NCBI GenBank assembly: GCA_964016885.1
Contig: OZ024740.1
Location: 360,902,001-360,966,000 of the forward strand
Direction of reading: 5' to 3'
Source: Eledone cirrhosa
Taxonomy: Eukaryota
Length of the DNA stretch: 64,000 nt
Positions 1 to 14,873 of the stretch are shown in pieces. The notes under the pieces were generated by a model that was not told where the DNA came from, ran no database searches, and saw only the letters and a program-made list of their open reading frames with translations. The position numbers were made by a program, and so were the translations under genes. Numbering within the stretch: the first letter of the stretch is position 1; each line of letters starts with the position of its first letter.

Positions 1-1371
1 GCCAGAAGTCACGGTCGTGTGTCATTGTCTTTGAGAGGTGTAGTTGGGTAAGGTCGGCTTTTATCACCTCATCCCAAGTCATCTTGGGTCTCCCCACTCC
101 GCGGTTTCCATCAACTTCTAGTGCTCTGCACCTTTTTATGCAGCTGTCATCCTTCATACGCATCACATGTCCATACCAGCGTAACCGCCTCTCCTGCACG
201 CAGCATTTGATTCCTCTTATGCTCAGTCTCTCTCTCAATTCCTTTATGCTTTGTCGTTCACGTATATTACTGTTACACATCCATCGGAGCATGTAGGCTT
301 CGTTTCTCTCTAATCTATGTAAGTCTTCCACCTTCAGTGCCCAGGTCTCACTACCATGCAACATCGCTGTTCGGATACACGCATCATACAGTCTGCCTTT
401 CATTCTGAGGGAGAAGCCTTTTGCAGCTAGCAGTGGTAGTAGTTCCCTAAACTTCTTCGATCCTGTTCTTACCCTAGTTATTGTACTTTCTGAACACCCA
501 CCTCCGCTGCTAATTCGGTCACCTAGGTAGCAGAAGCTGTCTACTGTTTCTACAGGGCCCTCCCAGAGATTGGTGGTACTTGTTTCCTGTGGCTGTTTGC
601 TTGCTGTTTCAGCACAGCTGCTGCATGTGAATCCTACATTCTTAATTAAGCTTCCTGAGATCCCGCTACATCTCTTGTGTACCCATTGTTTGCATTTGGG
701 GCAGAGAATGGAGTTCCTACCTACACCTTTCCTACATACTGAGCAAGGCCATTTCCCTGAGGGGATCTGGGTTCTGTTTTCTCGTCTACTTACAAGGACC
801 TTAGTCTTTGTCATGTTGACTTTGAGGTCCTTTCTCTCTAGTCCCTGCTTCCAGGTTTGGAATTTATTCTCTAGTTCTACCATAGATTCAGCTATGAGTG
901 CGAGGTCATCAGCATACAGGAGTTCCCATGGGCATCCGGTCTTAAACTCCTCCGTTATTGCCTGCAGGACTATGATGAACAGGAGAGGGCTAAGAACAGA
1001 GCCCTGGTGGACCCCAACCTGTACGCTAACTTCCTCGCTATACTCATTGCTAATCCTAACTTTGCTGACTGCTCCCCTATACATGGCTTGTACCGCTTTC
1101 ACAAGCCATTCATCTACTCCTAGTTTTCTAAGAGCCCACCAGATTACCGCACGTGGAACTCTGTCAAAGGCTTTCTCAAGGTCGACAAATGCCAAGTAGA
1201 GTGGCTTACTTTTAGCTAGGTACTTTTCCTGTAATTGCCTCACAAGGAAGAGGGCATCAGTGGTGTCTCTCCCTGGTACAAACCCAAATTGCATCTCGTC
1301 TATATTCACCCGGTCCCTAATCAGCTGTGCTATAACTCTTTCTGTTACTTTCATGACCTGGTCCATCAACT
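1..1371 (-). mobile_element. RTE-clade LINE fragment (RT C-terminal half, PHD-like finger, 3' coding end); runs off the window edge
   Basis: The minus strand encodes RT motifs (LAFVDLEKAFDRVPR, VGVHQGSVLSPLLF, ELLYADDL) followed by LHGSETW..LERNEA. Paralogous to the other RTE copies in the window. Truncated at the TG/TA microsatellite at ~1372. Confidence 0.9.
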
Positions 1372-2402
<1,031 letters not shown>

Positions 2403-2429
2403 ATACACACATATATATATATATATAGT

Positions 2430-2709
2430 AATAATAATAAATGTGAAGACTAAAATCCAAAGAGGGCTCGATAAGGATAAATATATATCAAATATATAAG
2501 AACCCTAGAGCAAATATTTATTAAAATAACAGATTAAAATTTAGGCAAAGAATCGCTGCTTTCACCCTTAAAGTAGCGTCTTCCTGTTTTCCTTCAGTTG
2601 CAACGTTTTTCTACTGCGTTCACAGATTGATTTTTTTCAGTTTCAGAAGATCCCGTTAAGGGTGAAAGCAGCGATTCTTTGCTTAAACTTTAATCTGTTA
2701 TTTTAATAA
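2430..2709. mobile_element. Small inverted-repeat element (arms ~2517-2570 / 2656-2709) with an unpaired ~85 nt tail, TA-flanked; probable Penelope-like remnant
   Basis: ttattaaaataacagattaaaatttaggcaaagaatcgctgctttcacccttaa is mirrored at 2656-2709, with (TA)n on both sides. Only a degenerate hammerhead-like core is present. Confidence 0.55.
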
Positions 2710-3112
2710 GTATATATATATATAAATGTAAGTATGTATACGTACATATATGTATACAGACGTACAGTAGTATGTATATATATACATACATGCACACATA
2801 TATATATGTACGTATGGGTTTACCGAACATTTATTATAATGCTCGGTTTGTTTGTAAACAAACAGCCCGAATTAAGCCGTACAGTGTTCGGCAACCATCG
2901 TCGCCTTTTTGTTCAACACTGACAAAGGAATGATGAACTAGTTTCAAGCTTATTAGCTATCGTCAGCATCGTATACCTTCCTGTCAGATGATTGAACGTT
3001 TAAAAGTATATACTTTCCTTATGCATATTAACGGCTGAGCAGCCTAATTTGCATATCGAGTGAGTTAGTCGGCTGGGCGTACCGAAAACGATAAATGGAA
3101 TATATATATATA

Positions 3113-3970
3113 CAGGGTGAGGACGATATTTGTTCGCAATTTTCAACTGCTAATTTTATGCAAAGTTTTTTTACTTCCGTTGTCACTCTTGTCTTCATAA
3201 AAACAGTGACTATATTTCCATTATTTATTTTCAGAATAATTGATTATGAATAATTTTGAACCTCCAAATTTGTGGAAGAGACAGGGAATTCTTCTTGGAA
3301 TCCGTGCCGGGAGGACAAATAAGGAAATTTCAGACTTTCTCAGCGTCAGCAGGAGAATGGTGTCTCATCCAAAAACGTGCCCAGAGTCATGCAGACAAAG
3401 TTTCCAGTGACAACATGGTCTTAGGTGTCGTCAGCAGTCAAGGTGACGTCATGCCAACTCACTTCTTCCCTGAGGGCTTCAAGCTGAACACTGATGGCTA
3501 CATCCGTGTTCTGAGCGAGGTAGTAAAGCCCTGGATCAACCAGGTAGCTGCAGGTCGGCCGTACATGTGGCAGCAAGACTCAGCGCCCTGCCATACCAGC
3601 CGAAAGATGCAAGCCTGGCTGTCAGAGAACTTCGTTGACCACACTTCACCTGACATCTGGCCTCCCAGCTCGCCTGACTGCAATCCCCTCGACTTCTTTG
3701 TGTTGGGCGCAGTGGAACGAAACACCAACAGATCTAGCTGCAATACGAAAGACGATCTGAAGGCCAGGATCACTAGTGCCTTTAGGGGCCTAAGTCGGGG
3801 GACAGTGACGAAGGCCTGTAGCTGGTTCCGAGGCCGCCTTGAGGCCATCATCAAAGCCAATGGCGGGTTTATTGAGTGAGATCGAAAGAACAAGTCATGA
3901 AGATAAACTGATCCACTGTTTTATTTTTTCCAAGACAGTAATCTTGCAAACAAATATCGTCCGAACCCTG
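3113..3970 (+). mobile_element. Internally deleted Tc1/mariner-superfamily DNA transposon, DD37D (maT-type)
   Basis: 27 bp TIRs: CAGGGTGAGGACGATATTTGTTCGCAA (3113-3139) and its near reverse complement (3944-3970), in a TA context. ORF 3256-3879 contains WQQDSAPCH...WPPSSPDCNPLD with 37 residues between the last two catalytic D. The N-terminal HTH and first D are not recognisable. Confidence 0.88.
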
Positions 3971-3996
3971 TGTATATATATATATATATATATATA

Positions 3997-6749
3997 TTAC
4001 AAAATAACAGGAGGCATGTACTGGTGTAAATCCTTGAAAGGTTTATTATACTTTGATCATTTCAATGACCAGGTTCAGTATGAATCCAGTGACATCATCA
4101 GGTAATTCAAAATATAACGAAGGAATATAACAGATAAAAGTCCAGAGACAGGAGGGCGGCTGGCAATTTAGCAGCTTCTAGCTCCGTTGGCTGCCCTCAA
4201 GTGTTGATTATAAGGTTTACATATTACCATCTGGTGTGGGGGCGCAAGCCTTTAATGTACTACTACCATCCCGTCAGATGGAAATGTCAGCGCTGAGGTC
4301 ACGCGTCAATCAGGCTGGTCAGGCATGCTCGAAATTGCCGCAAAATATGTTTTTTCAAGAACAAACATCATCCACAAAGACAGACATAGAGATTAAAAAG
4401 GGAGAGAGTGTGTGTGAATGAAAGAGAGATAGAGAGTGACAGAGAGAGTGGGTGGGATAATGAAAAAAGAGAGAGATTGACAGAGAGAGTGAGACAGAGA
4501 GCGTGTGTAAGTGATATAGAGAGAAGGTGACAATTAACAAAAGGAGGTTTTTATGAAGAAGTTTAAGTGTAATATATATATGGTCCCGATAAATTGTCAG
4601 GGTAGTATATAGAGTAAAATTACACCCGTGCTAGCGGTCAATAACCAGAGACGACTGTTATGCTGTAATAATTAACTCCGTACTCGCACCACCAACTACA
4701 CAAACGAAGACAGGTGAGTTGCATTATGGTGAGTGCTTTCCATAATAGTACATCGAGGTTGACCACACAGAATGACCAGTTCTATCCAGTGGTGAACCAA
4801 CAAACCCAAATAAATAATGCTCCAGAAATGTCGAGCGCTTTCAGATGTTATAATGAACAGCGACACTGACTCCAGTGTACAGCTATCGCCAGCATGGGAC
4901 TAACTAATCTACACACCTTTTGGATTTGGGCTGCTTTGAGCTTTGTCTACCGCCCACCTAGACCACCGCTGCTCCCATGTCGGGAATATCCAGACTCTGA
5001 CAGACCTCATTAATTCCTCTAAATAATTCTACGAATTCTAATATAGCATGTATTGTCTTGACTGAATTCTCTATCCTATATTTCAGGGCATTTGTGATCC
5101 ACATTGAATATTAAGACTCGAACATACACCAGGTATCACCTGATACCACTCCTTCTCTTCCATCTTCTATATCTATATGTATAACCATGTATTATCCAAA
5201 TGCCCCTCGATCTTTCTTATATTTCCCCTGTGTTTTGATTTCTTCAATATGTTCTCTATACTTCCGTTTTACTCCATGCATCACCACCCTAATTACGACT
5301 GCATTTTATTTATGTATTTTTATTTATATATGTATTTAGCTTTTTTATTTTGCTTATTATTCCTTTTATTTATGTATTTACTTACTCGCTCTATTCCCAG
5401 TACAGAACTACCACTGTGATCATTAGCACACGACCCTAGAATATTACTCTCTGTACCCATATATCCGTTTCCTTATTCACTCCCCCCACCCACCCTAGAA
5501 CCACACTACTATAACCCGGACTAACTGGGGACTAGATATAGTCTATTAGAACATTCCATCGCGTTTTACCACTTTCAACCTCACACCACGGGTGTGAATA
5601 AATATTAATCGTCTGGTAACACGCGATGATCCAACAGATGTGGCGAATTTTCCGACTGCGCACCGGGCATTCGGGCGTTTTAGCCTTCCTGGAGTGCTTG
5701 GAAAAATAAATTTCCCCTTCTTTCAATAAAGGAAACTACTCGGAACCGCTGCTTCGCCCCGGGGTCAGGCAGGGCTTGGGACTCGCCACGCGGCTGGCAT
5801 TGACCGCCAAATAGTACCTATATTTTCTAGGCTTAGTCATAACCCTTAGCTGTATCATGCCCCTTCCTACTAGCACCTAACTAAATCCCCACCCTGTGTG
5901 ATATAATAGCAACCGCTTGGTATATACGATGGCCAGCCGGCGCTGGGGGGCTCTGCGCTAGCACACCCGACGCCTAAGGCAGCTACATTCCTGGAGTGCT
6001 TGGAAAAACTAATTTCCATTTCTTTCGCTAGACGATATTACTCGGAACAGCTGGCATGTGGGAGGGGGTGGCTGGCGTGGGGTCCGCAGTCGTCTCTGGT
6101 TATTGACCGCTAGCACGGGCGTAATTTTACTCTATATACTAACCTGACAATTTATCGGGACCATATATATATATTACACTTAAACTTCTTCATAAAAGCC
6201 TCCTTTTGTTAATTGTCACCTTCTCTCTATATCACTTACACACGCTCTCTGTCTCACTCTCTCTGTCACTCTCTCTCTTTTTTCATTATCCCACACACTC
6301 TCTCTGTCACTCTCTATCTCTCTTTCATTCACACACACTCTCTCCCTTTTTAATCTCTATGTCTGTCTTTGTGGATGATGTTTGTTCTTGAAAAAACATA
6401 TTTCGCGGCAATTTCGAGAATGCCTGACCAGCCTGATTGACGCGTGACCTCAGCGCTGACATTTCCATCTGACGGGATGGTAGTAGTACATTAAAGGCCT
6501 GCGCCCCCACACCAGATGGTAATATGTAGACCTTATAATCAACACTTGAGGGCAGCCAACGGAGCTAGAAGCTGCTAAATTGCCGGCCGCCCTCCTGTCT
6601 CTGGACTTTTATCTGTTATATTCCTTCGTTATATTTTGAATTACCTGATGATGTCACCGGATTCATACTGAACCTAGTCATTGAAATGATCATAGTATAA
6701 TAAACCTTTTAAGGATTTACACCAATACATGCCTCCTGTTATTTTGTAA
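3997..6749. mobile_element. 2.75 kb non-coding element with ~660 bp near-identical terminal inverted repeats (3997-4657 / 6087-6749) carrying a hammerhead-like motif; probable non-autonomous Penelope-like element
   Basis: The arms mirror each other (the ORF track shows near-identical mirrored peptides) and both ends abut TA runs. The 1.4 kb spacer has no recognisable ORF and contains an imperfect direct repeat (~5686-5752 / ~5988-6054). Confidence 0.75.
6640..6701 (+). ncRNA. Putative minimal type I hammerhead ribozyme
   Basis: attac-CTGATGA(6645-6651)-imperfect stem II-GAAA(6683-6686)-palindromic TGATCA-TA-gtataat. The mirrored copy in the left arm has AA instead of TA at the cleavage site. 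Confidence 0.55.
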
Positions 6750-7744
6750 TATATACATAGGATGAAAGGCAAAGTTGACCGTGGTGGGATTTGAACTTAG
6801 AATGTAGAAAGCTGTAACTAAATGCTGCAAAGCATTTTGTCGATGCTTTACCAATACTGCCAATCCACCACCACAATATTAATAATGATTTCTGATTTAG
6901 GCACAAGGCCAACAATTGGGGGGGGGGGGTCAATTAAACCACCACCTGTGATATCAAAGTCATTATTGATGCCACCGAATGAAACGTTGAAAACTTGTGA
7001 ATCAAAGAGGCAATTCTCATCAATAGATTAAGGCCTTCTATTAACAGCAGATGCAAATTACATGAACCTGAGTAATTGTTATAATAATACCAGTGGGCAT
7101 ACAGCACCACCTCTTTAATCTCACATATATATATATACAAAGGAGTCCAATTTGTCAGTTCCGTTGCACTACATTTTCTTTTACTTTGTAAAATGAGGTT
7201 TTAATCCCCAAATATCATGAAATATAAGGTAAAAGTGTAAACTTTGTTTTGTTTTACTTCACTCCCATATTCAATCCTTTCTTTCCAACTTACAGTGTTA
7301 CTGGCTTTTCTAAAATAATAATAAATTCTATTAATAATAAATCAGGCTCAATATTTGACTGGTACTTTAATTTATCAACACCAAAAGGATAGATGGTAAA
7401 GTCAGCCTCAGTGGAATTTGAACCCAGATTGTAAAGGACTGTAAGTAAATAATTGTTTCTACTTTAGGCACAAGGCCAGCAATTACCCAGTACATTACTG
7501 GTACTTTATTTTATCGACCCCGTAAGAATGAAAGGCAAAGTCAACCTCGGCGGGAAGTAAATAATAATTCTATGTAAGAACCTTTGTTAAGTTATGTTCC
7601 AAACACCAGCTTAATAATGAGAAAACTAATGTTAGTAAATCACTCCAAATATTTGGTTATTTTTAGAAATATTTGAAAATTTTAAGCAGTGTCTTTCGTT
7701 AAAAATATGGTAAGAAAAAGGTTGTCATGATCTATTCTTGAAAG

Positions 7745-7972
7745 GTTAGCCATAACTACAGACCCTGGTTAAACCATGGACTATATTCTAAACTTAAGTT
7801 AGCCATAACTACAGTCCCTGGTTAAACGATGGACAATACTCCAAACTTAAGTTAGCCATAACTACATTCCTTCATTAAACCATGGACTATACTCCAAACT
7901 TGAGTTAGCCATAACTACATTTTCTCATTAAAACATGGACTATACTACAAACTTAAGTTAGCCATGACTATA
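7745..7972. repeat. 53 bp minisatellite, ~4.3 copies
   Basis: gttagccat recurs at 7745, 7798, 7851, 7904 and 7957. Confidence 0.92.
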
Positions 7973-9701
7973 GTCTAAGTGAAGTCAGAGCTCTTAGATT
8001 AAGACTGGGTGTCAAGAGTAGCTTAAAAGGTGAGGTGTTAAACAAAACAAAACAAGCCTCCTCCCACCAGTCAGCACAAGACCCACTACATCACCATTCT
8101 GTCACTACCACCACCACCATACCAAAGTGTAATAAGACCTCTCCCACCCACCATCACAGCACCACTATACCAAAGTGTAGGAAGACTAATACACCCACTA
8201 CCCTGCTTCCCAGCACAAAACCACCACTACCACCACCACCATACTAAAGTGAAAGAAGGCAACATAATGTTAACCATTAGATCACAAAATAACAATAAAT
8301 CCAAATGGAATTTCAGGTGAGACCAATAAAAGAACCATATTGAAACCAACAATTCATCTCTCTCTCTCTTTCACACACACACAGACACACACACACACAG
8401 AGACACACACAACACAACACAACACAACACATATATGCCGAAATAATCATACTGAGATGTACTTTGATGATATAATGAAATACATATATATATATATTAA
8501 TCATCACTGTTTTTATATTTATATATATATAGAGAGAATTAGGATTTAGCTTCAGGCATAGCTATATACAGACATGTATAGAAATTTCGTATTTCTAAAG
8601 AAACACGGTATGTTTATATATATATATACATATAAAGCACCACCACCACAACAATTGCCCACCCTGCCTATTAGAACGACAACAAGTGTTTTAATGCTAT
8701 TTACTCTGCTAAATCAAGGATTAACATTGTAGTGGTGGGGGCATGATCGGTTTCATACTCACTATGGGGTCCTTTTTTGAGGCAATGTTTTACAGCAGGA
8801 TGTCATTACAGAAATGTACAGTGTACTTAGTCTAAACAAGATACACACAGAGAACACAACCTACTAGAAATAGCAGACAATCTTTAATATTAAAAATCTA
8901 AAATAAAAGATGCATTAGATAATGTAGTTCAAGATAACCCAAAACAGACTGAATGGTCATGGCTGGAATGTATTTCATCATATGCTCACTGGATCAGAGA
9001 TGAGCTTGGGCTGAACAACACCATTAACACAATCAATAACAACCTGGACAATAACAACCTGGACAAGTATAAGGGAAAGAATACCAACACCAACAACATA
9101 AACATCAACAATGAAAAATAATTAAAATAAAACAAGAGGAAAAAAATAAAACAACAACTACTACTAAAACACAATTCCACCAACCTAATGTGCCAAGATA
9201 ATTAAACATTTATCTTTTTTTTGTTATAATTCGCCTTTGAAGTATATATCTGGATAAAGTGAACTCACAGCAGGGCTGCAAGCTTTTCAAAATAACTTTT
9301 AAAACACTGACAGACAGACAGAAAGAGAAAATAAACAAGGCAACAGTAATTCTAAATAGAAACTGATACACTGTACAGAGGACATTTTAGTCCTGTTTAT
9401 TCTAGTGCTGTTGGCATGAATAAATGCACCCAGTATACACTGTAAAGTGGTTGGTGATAGAAAAGGCATCTAGTTGCAATATGCTTACCAAACAAAGGGT
9501 TGAGAGGAAAGACAGCTTTACTAGTGTTGGTGTCATGTTAAAATGTACTTGGGATTGTATATTAGTGAGAAACAGGCCCCTAGCCATCTGAAAGGTCAGT
9601 AGTCCAGCTTGAGTAATGACTTGGTCTGTGAAGACTCATCCAACCCTTGCTAGGGTTGGATCGGATGTTAAATGAAGATGGTGATGATCACACACACACA
9701 C

Positions 9702-9743
<42 letters not shown>

Positions 9744-10632
9744 ATGTGATGTGTATGTATGTGTGTGTGAATTGGACCGGTCACAACAGTTTGAGAGTAG
9801 ATGGGTTGGTGAACGATGGCTTGCTCATTGGAGCATTTTATCGTGACACCAGAACCAGACAGATTGTCACATGCTAGGCCAGACTGAGGAGTCCTCTCAG
9901 ACCCTCCATTGATTCCATTTGATTGTCAAACACTGTAGCAGCTTGCACTGGTGAATGAGTCTTCTATGAATTTAAAATGATTTTAACCCTTCAGCATTTA
10001 CATTACTCTATATATACTACAATACTTCCATAGTAAAGGCTTTACCTCACATAATTATCTCACATGATATCGAATCTATGAGATTTTGATATTATTTATT
10101 TTGAGAACAATACCTTAACATCAGTATGAGTGGCTAGTTACAGCCGGTTTGAACAGAAAGAGGTTTAAATCTTCAATTCAGTGCTTATAGAACAGTTTGC
10201 ACTATATTTAAAGTGATATCACATTCTTTCAAAAAACCATTTGTTTCACTTCATTTCCATTTTGTGATAAACACCTTATGTAACAACTAAAGCAACCTTA
10301 AATGTAATGCAATTTCTACCAAATCAGTAAATCATTTTATCTTTTTGTATAATGCGACCTTCCAGTACAGCCATAGTTATTTATATTTTTTAATCTTTCT
10401 GATAACAACCAGCCTGAAAACGCATTAGTAAGGCATTCTTGAAAAGTATAACAGCAGCATTATGATGGAATCACATTAAAGATTAAAGTCTTTAGTTTAC
10501 TGCATATTTACAACAATCTCTGTGTTGGTAAAGATACTATAAACATTCGAATTAATACGCTTTTAGATATTTTCTGCTAAATCATTACAAGATGTTAACT
10601 CTCAACATTCTGTACCACATGAAATTGCTTAA

Positions 10633-10840
10633 CCCTTTAGCATTTAAACCGACCGCATCCGGCCAGAATTCTCTCACTTCTTTCTGTTCAAACCAGCTGT
10701 AACCGACTGCTCATGCTGATGTTAAGGTATTGTTTTCAAAATAAATAATATCAAAATCTCATAGATTTGGTATTATGTGAGGTAAAGTCTTTAACATGAA
10801 AATATAAAAGTAAATATAAAGTAATGTAAATGCTAAAGGG
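10633..10840. mobile_element. TTAA-flanked MITE (piggyBac-type ends), 208 bp
   Basis: TTAA-CCCTTTAGCATTTA ... TAAATGCTAAAGGG-TTAA (14 bp TIR, TTAA TSD). Partial inverted copies at ~9983-10170 and ~11715-11900. Confidence 0.75.
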
Positions 10841-12373
10841 TTAAGCATGACATTCTTAAAAAATACAAAAATAGCACAATGGTTGCAACTCATTAAAAAG
10901 TTAAGCCTTTACACTAATATTATAAATTGTCACTGTGATCTGTTGTTTAATAAAGATACTACAAACCCATTTTTATATATTTTCTGCTAAATCATTACAG
11001 GAGTTACAGTCTATATATTCAAATTTCACCCTTCCATAATAATTTTAAGTAAGAATCTTTTGTGATGTTCCAAACACTAGCTTAATAAAATTTTTTGTTA
11101 TTTTACATTTTCCAAATTCTTAATTATTTTCAAAATTAATTATAACGCCCACTCAATGTATTTTGTTAACAATATGGTCACAAAAAGGTTACAAAACTAA
11201 TATAACCTCACTTCAAATTTTGAAACACATACAGTGAAAAGATAAAATAAACCAGAACACTAACACTTATGGCCATTATCCATAAAATTAGTTTTTCACT
11301 TAAAATCCATCAAAGTCTGATTCATCATCTGATTCTCAAAATAACTCCAAACCATTCTTTCTAACTAAACATTTTTACTGCTTGTAATTTTACACACAGT
11401 GTTGTAATAGTATATATACACATACACTGTTTCATAGAAGTAAACAATGAAGTACATAGATTAATTGTTAGATCACTTAGGGCTACCACCTTTGCTATCT
11501 TTGTTTTCACAAGTGTGCAGTTGAGTTTATTATTATTTTTTTTTTTATATATATACATGAGAATAATGCCACCCCCTGATTCTACATGTTAAATTTCTTG
11601 CATTATACACAAGTAAATATGATATATAAGATATGATTTTAACCATTTTGATATCAAATCTCTTGAAACCACCTCTGGTTCAATGATACAAAACTTTTTA
11701 TTTAAAAACTTTTGTTAACCCTTTAGCATTTATATTACTCTATATATACTATTGTATTTTCACGGTAAAGACTTTACCTCACATAATATCAAATCTATGA
11801 GATTTTGATATTATATATTTTGAGAATAATACCTTAACATCAGTGCTGGCTGATTACAGCCAGTTTGAACAGAAAGAGGTGAGAGAATTCTGGCTGGATA
11901 TAACTTGATAATGAGAAAGTTATATCCAAATGAATATTTTCAAAATTATTTGTAAATTATAGGCAGTGTTTTTCAGTAGAAATATATTAATGAAAGGGTT
12001 AATTAGTCTTTTTCTTACTGATGAAAACTCATGTTAAGGTTCATCAACATAAACTCATGTCTGGGTATTTTTATATGTATTTATTTTACTATATACCTCC
12101 TGGTTTGTTTTTCTGTTCCATTGTTTAAATCATTTAAGCTCAAACATTTATATTCAAGAACAAATTTATTTTACACAAATTTATTTTAATACAAATTTAT
12201 GGAACTTGTCCACAAAAATACATCTTAATGTACTTTTGAGAAATATATGTTTAATGATATATGTTCTCGGATAAATTTACTGTATGGATACCTATAGTTT
12301 ATATTATAAGTCTCACATAAATATTCATTATTTTACATATATATATATATATATATATATAGGAACCAGTAAG

Positions 12374-12467
12374 ACCCCGACAGCTGAGCTCAAGCCGTTT
12401 CGACGGCTAATTCTGGACTAAATGAAAATTTATCCTGGTATTTAAATAGCCGATCTTCTCAAGGGGT
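12374..12467 (-). ncRNA. Mirror copy of the U3-A8 hammerhead ribozyme in the left inverted arm
   Basis: Reverse complement of 14874-14967. Confidence 0.75.
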
Positions 12468-13149
12468 AATTCCATATATGGTCAAAGTGATTGTCAAAAA
12501 TCAGTAGTAATTCTGTGGTTGCAAATTAGTAGGGGAGATGGTGACTAAACCTGCCAGTAGGAGAAAGAGGGGAGGGGGTGGAGTAGACCCAATCAAGCGT
12601 TGGTAGTGCCAGCTACAGCTGGGCATGAGGTCAAAGAAGATACAGGGGAGGGGGAGGAAGTCGGAACGGTAGGTAGAACAATGGGGGGTAGAAATAGGAA
12701 AGAAAGAATACTGAGAGTGAAGAAAAGCAAATAAGTGTAAAGAAAAAGAAAAAGTAAAGTAAATTAAATTCAACGACCTAGGTGTCAGGCTATTGTTAGG
12801 CGAGAATAAAATAAAGAAAGAAAGAAAGAAGTAAATAAATAAATAAATAAATAAATAAGGAAATAAGTAAGAGAACTAGGTGGGACGGATAAGGCAAGGA
12901 CCCTTTTAAGAGGTATAAGTACGTAAATGATACGGTGACGGGTCAACAAAAGGGGCCAAAATACTAAAGAGACTACCACGAAATAAACAATAAAGGTTTC
13001 CATCCCGGGCCAGCAACGACCCAGTGCAGCAAAGTGAACTTGTACGAGATAATAATTCTGAGTCCCGGGAAAAATATATACTAATGCTAACTCTAAAAGA
13101 TCTAAAACAAGCTACATGAAAGTTCGTACGAAATAAAGGTAGAAAAACA

Positions 13150-13770
13150 CTCATTGAAAAACACTTCCCATTACAACACCGCTACCACAACATAATTAAC
13201 AAAAATACCATCAAACTCTCTTACAGCACTACACCAAACTTCGCACAAAACATCGTCTCCTCTAACAACAAAAAACTCAACCCCGATGGCAGAAATAACC
13301 TAATTAGCAGTGGAGAACCGACCAGGAGGTGTAACTGCCCGGATAGATCTATTTGCCCACTCGACAATAGATGCAGAGACCGTAATGTGATCTACCAGTG
13401 CAACGTGAGGACGGATACCTCCAACAAAGCCTATATAGGACTTACCGCATGTGACTTCAAGACCCGGCTATACCAACATAGACATACCTTCCGAAACCCG
13501 GCCCGGCGTCACGCCACTACACTTTCGGGCCACATATGGGACCTCAAGGACAACAACATCACCTATGATCTCACTTGGAGATTACTGTCCAGAGCCAATT
13601 CTTACACGGGAGGACGCCGTCCGTGCAATTTATGCTCGGAGGAAACTTTACAAATGCTGTTTTCGACGGACCAACTCCTAAACAAGAAAGATGAACTGGT
13701 TACTGCATGTAAACATAGATTGCGTAGGACTTACCTCGCCCTCAAACCCCATAATGACCCGGGGGGGTAG
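13150..13770 (+). pseudogene. Penelope-like ORF C-terminus: post-RT region, CxCx5Cx5C linker and GIY-YIG endonuclease (Naiad-like by recalled motif)
   Basis: Open frame LIEKHFPLQHRYHNIINKNTIKLSYSTTPN...CNCPDRSICPLDNRC...VIYQC...AYIGLTACDFKTRLYQH...CNLCSEE...LLNKKDELVTACKH. There is no start codon because the frame is cut by the inversion junction. Confidence 0.88.
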
Positions 13771-14873
13771 ACTGGGGCTATAACACCCCAGTTGCCGATT
13801 TTGCAATGGGTAACCCCTGCTTGCCAAGGAAGACGTAAGATCTTCTTTGTATTCTTTTATCGCTTCCTTTATTTCCTTCCCCCCTCTCTCCTTTGTCCTT
13901 CTACCCCAGCTCTTCTCCTTTGTCGGCGTCTTTTCTCGCCCACCCGAGGCTGCCCGTTGGCCCCATGTAGCCTTAGTACCCCCCCCCCTCCCCTAGTCTT
14001 TGATAGATTTGGTGGACTCCGCCCTTTATAGCAGTTGGCTTAGACCCCGGATACTTTCCCCCTTTTTCCGACCGCTCCCACTATTCTCTGTGCCCTCTAT
14101 ATTTCTTAGTGGCACTTATGCCTTATTTTTTCGTTTCAGTATTTCTTGCTTCGCTTTTCTTCTGGGCGGGGTGGATTCTGAATTTATTTCTCCGTTTTCT
14201 ACCTTTATTTCGTACGAACTTTCATGTAGCTTGTTTTAGATCTTTTAGAGTTAGCATTAGTATATATTTTTCCCGGGACTCAGAATTATTATCTCGTACA
14301 AGTTCACTTTGCTGCACTGGGTCGTTGCTGGCCCGGGATGGAAACCTTTATTGTTTATTTCGTGGTAGTCTCTTTAGTATTTTGGCCCCTTTTGTTGACC
14401 CGTCACCGTATCATTTACGTACTTATACCTCTTAAAAGGGTCCTTGCCTTATCCGTCCCACCTAGTTCTCTTACTTATTTCCTTATTTATTTATTTATTT
14501 ATTTATTTACTTCTTTCTTTCTTTCTTTATTTTATTCTCGCCTAACAATAGCCTGACACCTAGGTCGTTGAATTTAATTTACTTTACTTTTTCTTTTTCT
14601 TTACACTTATTTGCTTTTCTTCACTCTCAGTATTCTTTCTTTCCTATTTCTACCCCCCATTGTTCTACCTACCGTTCCGACTTCCTCCCCCTCCCCTGTA
14701 TCTTCTTTGACCTCATGCCCAGCTGTAGCTGGCACTACCAACGCTTGATTGGGTCTACTCCACCCCCTCCCCTCTTTCTCCTACTGGCAGGTTTAGTCAC
14801 CATCTCCCCTACTAATTTGCAACCACAGAATTACTACTGATTTTTGACAATCACTTTGACCATATATGGAATT

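Noticed and set aside
4236-6510. Duplicated 61 aa ORFs on opposite strands
   Set aside because: A by-product of the inverted arms, with non-ATG starts and no protein-family features.
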